From the NCBI GenBank assembly GCA_937960595.1, contig CALGPL010000038.1, forward strand, positions 107 to 64,106: 64,000 bases of DNA, written 5' to 3'. This document shows positions 60,872 to 64,000 of the stretch, piece after piece. This stretch comes from an uncultured Anaerolineales bacterium (GTDB lineage Bacteria; Chloroflexota; Anaerolineae; Anaerolineales; Villigracilaceae). The position numbers and the translations under genes are program-made. Under the pieces are notes generated by a model, which saw only the letters and a program-made list of their open reading frames with translations, was not told where the DNA came from and made no database searches. Each line of letters starts with the position of its first letter. Within the stretch, counting starts at the first letter, position 1.

Positions 60872-62031
60872 CTCTCCCCGACATTCCCCTGTTCGCGTAC
60901 CGCCGTCCCAACGGCAAGATCGGCATCCGCAACCATGTCGTCATCCTGCCGGTGGACGACATTTCCAACGCGGCTGCGGAGGGCGTCGCCCGCCTGATTC
61001 GCGGCACGATTGCCCTGCCGCATCCCTACGGCCGTCTCCAGTTCGGCCCCGACCTCGACCTGACCTTCCGCACCCTGATCGGCGCCGGCCGCAACCCCAA
61101 CGTCGCCGCCGTGGTGGTCATCGGCATCGAACCCAATTGGACCGCCAAGATCGTCGCCGGCATCGCCGAGACCGGCAAGCCGGCCGCCGGTTTCAGCATC
61201 GAGCGCGCCGGCGACTTGAAGACCATCGAGGCCGCCGCCCGCAAGGCCCAGGAGTTCGTCCAGTATGCCACCGAATTGCAGCGCCAGCCGGTCGCTTTCG
61301 CCGAGATGACCTTCTCGACCAAATGCGGCGAGTCCGACACGACCAGCGGCCTGGCCTCCAATCCGACGGTCGGGCGCGCCTTCGAGCGCCTGGAGGCCGC
61401 CGGCGCCACCCTCATCTTCGGCGAGACGACCGAGGTCACCGGCGCCGAGGACAAGATCGCCGAACAGTGCGCCACGCCCGAAGTGCGCGCCGAATTCTTG
61501 CGCCTCTTCCAGGCCTATCAGGATTTCGTCAATTCGGTGGATGCCGACCTGCTCGGCTCCCAGCCGACCCAGGGCAACATCCGCGGCGGGCTGACCACCA
61601 TCGAAGAGAAAGCCCTCGGCAACGTCGAGAAGATGGGACGCTGCACCATCCGCTCGGTCTTGCAGCCGGCCGAGGAACCCAAAGGCCCCGGCCTGCATTT
61701 CATGGACTCTTCCAGCGCAGCGGCCGAGATGGTGACCCTCTGCCTGGCGGCCGGTTCGGTGGCGCACTTCTTCACCACCGGGCAGGGCAACGTCATCGGC
61801 AATCCGCTCCTGCCGGTCATCAAACTCTCGGCCAACCCGCTGACGGTGGCGACCATGTCCGAGCATATCGACGTCGATCTGACCGGCTTGCTGCGTTTCG
61901 AGATCAACCTCGACCAGGCCGCCGATCTGGCGCTGCACATGCTGGCCCGCACCATCAACGGCCGCCTGACCGCCGCCGAAACCTTGCGTCACGATGAATT
62001 CGTCCTGACCAAACTCTATCGCAGCGCCTGA
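60868..62031 (+). CDS. Large subunit of a split UxaA-family dehydratase. Candidate sulfolactate sulfo-lyase beta (SuyB-like).
   Basis: 387 aa with an ATGA overlap with the small subunit. It reads [10 protein letters not shown]...[14 protein letters not shown]...[12 protein letters not shown]...[17 protein letters not shown]...HFFTTGQGN. Confidence 0.6.
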   Translation: MTLPDIPLFAYRRPNGKIGIRNHVVILPVDDISNAAAEGVARLIRGTIALPHPYGRLQFGPDLDLTFRTLIGAGRNPNVAAVVVIGIEPNWTAKIVAGIAETGKPAAGFSIERAGDLKTIEAAARKAQEFVQYATELQRQPVAFAEMTFSTKCGESDTTSGLASNPTVGRAFERLEAAGATLIFGETTEVTGAEDKIAEQCATPEVRAEFLRLFQAYQDFVNSVDADLLGSQPTQGNIRGGLTTIEEKALGNVEKMGRCTIRSVLQPAEEPKGPGLHFMDSSSAAAEMVTLCLAAGSVAHFFTTGQGNVIGNPLLPVIKLSANPLTVATMSEHIDVDLTGLLRFEINLDQAADLALHMLARTINGRLTAAETLRHDEFVLTKLYRSA

Positions 62032-62070
62032 CGGATTCTGCCTGTTCGACCGACCTGAGGACGGTCGCTT

Positions 62071-63339
62071 GTGGCTTCCACCTACATCCTTCCCTACGGG
62101 AAGACCTCTCTGACCTTCGGCCTGCCTGCCGGGCGGACGGCCGACCTGCTTCTGCCGCGGCCGTCTGCCCCGGCCCCCGACCCGGCGGCGGCCGTCCGGG
62201 CCGCCCTCGACAGGCTGCTGGGCGGAGTCCGCCTCGAGCAGTTTGGCGGGGTTCGTTCGGCGGCCGTCGCCGTCAACGACAAGACCCGCCCGGTTCCCCA
62301 TGCCCTTCTGCTGCCGCCGCTGCTGGCGCGGCTGGAGGCCCTCGGCCTGCCGCCCCAGGCGATTACCCTCTTGGTCGCCACCGGCCTGCATCCGCGCATG
62401 GAGGCGGACGAATTCGCTGCCATCCTGCCGGAGGAGGTCCTGCGCCGCTATCCGGTGGTCTGCCATGACGCCCGCGACCCGTCCGGCTTGGTTGAAGTCG
62501 GCGTGACGCGGCGCGGCACGCCCGTCTGGGTCAACCGCCGCTACCTCCAGGCCGACCTGCGCCTGGCGGTCGGCAACATCGAGCCGCATCAGTTTCAGGG
62601 ATTTTCGGGCGGCGTCAAGAGCGTGGCCATCGGGCTGGCGGGCGAAGCGACCATCGTCCGCAATCATGCCTGGATGCTCGACCCGGCCGCTCGCCTGGGC
62701 GAGTACGAGACCAACCCGGCCCGTCAGGATGTCGAGGAAATCGGGCGCCTCATCGGCGTCCACTTTGTCTTGAATGCCATTCTGAACGGCAAGCGGCAGA
62801 TCGTGTCCGTCCTGGCCGGCGAACCGGAAGCGGTGATGCGCGCCGGCATTCCGCTGGCGCGGCGCCTGTCCGAGGTCCAGGTCACCGCGCCCTATGACCT
62901 GGTCATCGCCTCGCCTGGCGGTCATCCCAAGGATATCAACCTCTACCAGGCGCAGAAGGCGCTGGCCCACGCCGCCCTGCTGACGCGGCCGGGCGGGACG
63001 GTCCTTCTCGCCGCCGCCTGCCCCGAAGGGACGGGCAGCCCGGAGTACGAGGCCTGGGCGCGTCAATGCACCTCGCTCGAACAGGTGGTGGAACGTTTCA
63101 TGACGGAGGGATTCCGCATCGGCCCGCACAAGGCCTATCAGATCGCCCGCGACGCCCTGCGCCTGAACCTGCTCCTGGTCTCGGACATGCCCGCCTCCTT
63201 TGTCCGCTCGCTTCTGCTGACCCCGGCCGATTCGCTCGAAGCGGCGCTGACCCAGGCGCTGACCTCTCTGCCGCCCGCCGCGCGGATTGCCGTCCTGCCG
63301 CACGCCGCCTCGGTGATTCCACCCTCGGGATTGTCCTAA
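62071..63339 (+). CDS. LarA-family nickel-pincer-nucleotide-dependent 2-hydroxyacid racemase/epimerase homolog
   Basis: 422 aa with a GTG start. NDKTRP (D70/R73), ATGLH107, EPH173QFQGFSGGVK183, RNH199 and YQAQK lie within one residue of the L. plantarum LarA positions I recall (D72/R75, H108, H174, K184, H200, Y294-Q295-K298). Confidence 0.85.
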   Translation: MASTYILPYGKTSLTFGLPAGRTADLLLPRPSAPAPDPAAAVRAALDRLLGGVRLEQFGGVRSAAVAVNDKTRPVPHALLLPPLLARLEALGLPPQAITLLVATGLHPRMEADEFAAILPEEVLRRYPVVCHDARDPSGLVEVGVTRRGTPVWVNRRYLQADLRLAVGNIEPHQFQGFSGGVKSVAIGLAGEATIVRNHAWMLDPAARLGEYETNPARQDVEEIGRLIGVHFVLNAILNGKRQIVSVLAGEPEAVMRAGIPLARRLSEVQVTAPYDLVIASPGGHPKDINLYQAQKALAHAALLTRPGGTVLLAAACPEGTGSPEYEAWARQCTSLEQVVERFMTEGFRIGPHKAYQIARDALRLNLLLVSDMPASFVRSLLLTPADSLEAALTQALTSLPPAARIAVLPHAASVIPPSGLS

Positions 63340-63351
63340 GGAAAAATGTCC

Positions 63352-64000
63352 ATGATTTATCTCGATTATGCCGCCACCACGCCCGTGGACGAACGCGTCT
63401 TCGAGGCGATGCGCCCCTTCTTCAGCGAAACGTTCGGGAACCCGTCCTCGGTTCACCGCTACGGACAGCGCGCCGAGGCGGCGGTGGACGAGGCGCACGA
63501 GACCGTCGCCGCCGTCCTGAACTGCCGCCCGGACGAAATCATCTTCACCTCCTGCGGCTCGGAATCGGACAACCTGGCCCTGCGCGGCGCGGCCCTGGCC
63601 AGGCGCGAGCAGACCGGCGCGGACCGGATTCTGACCAGCCGCGCCGAACATTCCGCCGTCAGCAAGACCGCCGCCGACCTGGAGCGGCATTACGGCTTCC
63701 GCGTCGAGTGGCTGCCGGTGGATGAATTCGGCCGCATCACGCCGGAGACGGTGGCGCAGGCGCTTGACGGGGAGACGGCCCTCGTCTCGGTCATGTATGC
63801 CAACAACGAAATCGGCACGCTCAACCCGATCGCCGAAATCGCCGCCGTCTGCCGCGCCCGCGGCGTCCCCTTCCACACCGACGCCGTGCAGGCGGCGGCC
63901 TACTTGCCGCTGGACGTGCAGGCTCTGGGCGTGGATTTGCTCTCGCTGGGCGCGCACAAGTTCTACGGCCCGAAGGGCGTCGGCGCCCTCTACGTCCGCG
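63352..64000 (+). CDS. Cysteine desulfurase (NifS/IscS class V aminotransferase), 3-prime truncated by the window end
   Basis: [16 protein letters not shown]...FGNPSS.H..G...........R...A..L.C...EIIFTS.GSESDN...NNEIGT...HTDAVQA...[13 protein letters not shown]. Confidence 0.9.
   Translation, partial: MIYLDYAATTPVDERVFEAMRPFFSETFGNPSSVHRYGQRAEAAVDEAHETVAAVLNCRPDEIIFTSCGSESDNLALRGAALARREQTGADRILTSRAEHSAVSKTAADLERHYGFRVEWLPVDEFGRITPETVAQALDGETALVSVMYANNEIGTLNPIAEIAAVCRARGVPFHTDAVQAAAYLPLDVQALGVDLLSLGAHKFYGPKGVGALYVR

Overview
High-GC bacterial chromosomal segment. Gene content points to an anaerobe: 2-oxoacid:ferredoxin oxidoreductase, superoxide reductase, class I Fe-S fumarase and HdrA/MvhD proteins. 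The SecA, GyrA and ClpC sequence style suggests a Chloroflexota-like organism, but that placement is inference only. I support about 48 protein genes, 2 tandem tRNA-Ser genes, several hairpin terminators and extended -10 promoters, and three related families of dispersed or tandem intergenic repeats. Most long ORFs antisense to these genes are GC-driven artefacts.

Housekeeping genes: secA, add, acnA, korDABC-type OFOR, two-subunit fumarase, rsmI, clpC, gyrA, and rpoC (without rpoB).

Main candidates for something new:
1. 54.8-64.0 kb is a divergent sugar-sulfonate-like island. It holds a GH31 enzyme with the sulfoquinovosidase residue pattern, a GPH/MFS transporter, a FucI/AraA-like isomerase, and a type-3 transaldolase/FSA homolog whose phosphate-binding motif is replaced. 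These are followed by a split UxaA-type dehydratase pair of SuyA/SuyB size and a LarA (nickel-pincer) homolog with all catalytic residues. I read this as a possible complete sulfoquinovose to pyruvate plus sulfite route, with a LarA-type sulfolactate racemase.
2. 25.3-33.9 kb is a five-gene flavin/Fe-S cluster. It has two tandem HdrA paralogs (one carrying a roughly 480-aa GltD/NfnB-like insertion), an MvhD-FeS fusion, and AsrA/HydB-like and NfnA/PyrK-like subunits. There is no HdrBC.
3. A lipoprotein carries an FGE-sulfatase domain followed by five tandem Cys-patterned modules.
4. The repeat families themselves: one supplies the stop codon of ygiQ, and a different palindrome sits in frame inside ygiQ.

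All functional calls rest on motif recognition and memory of protein families. No searches were run.
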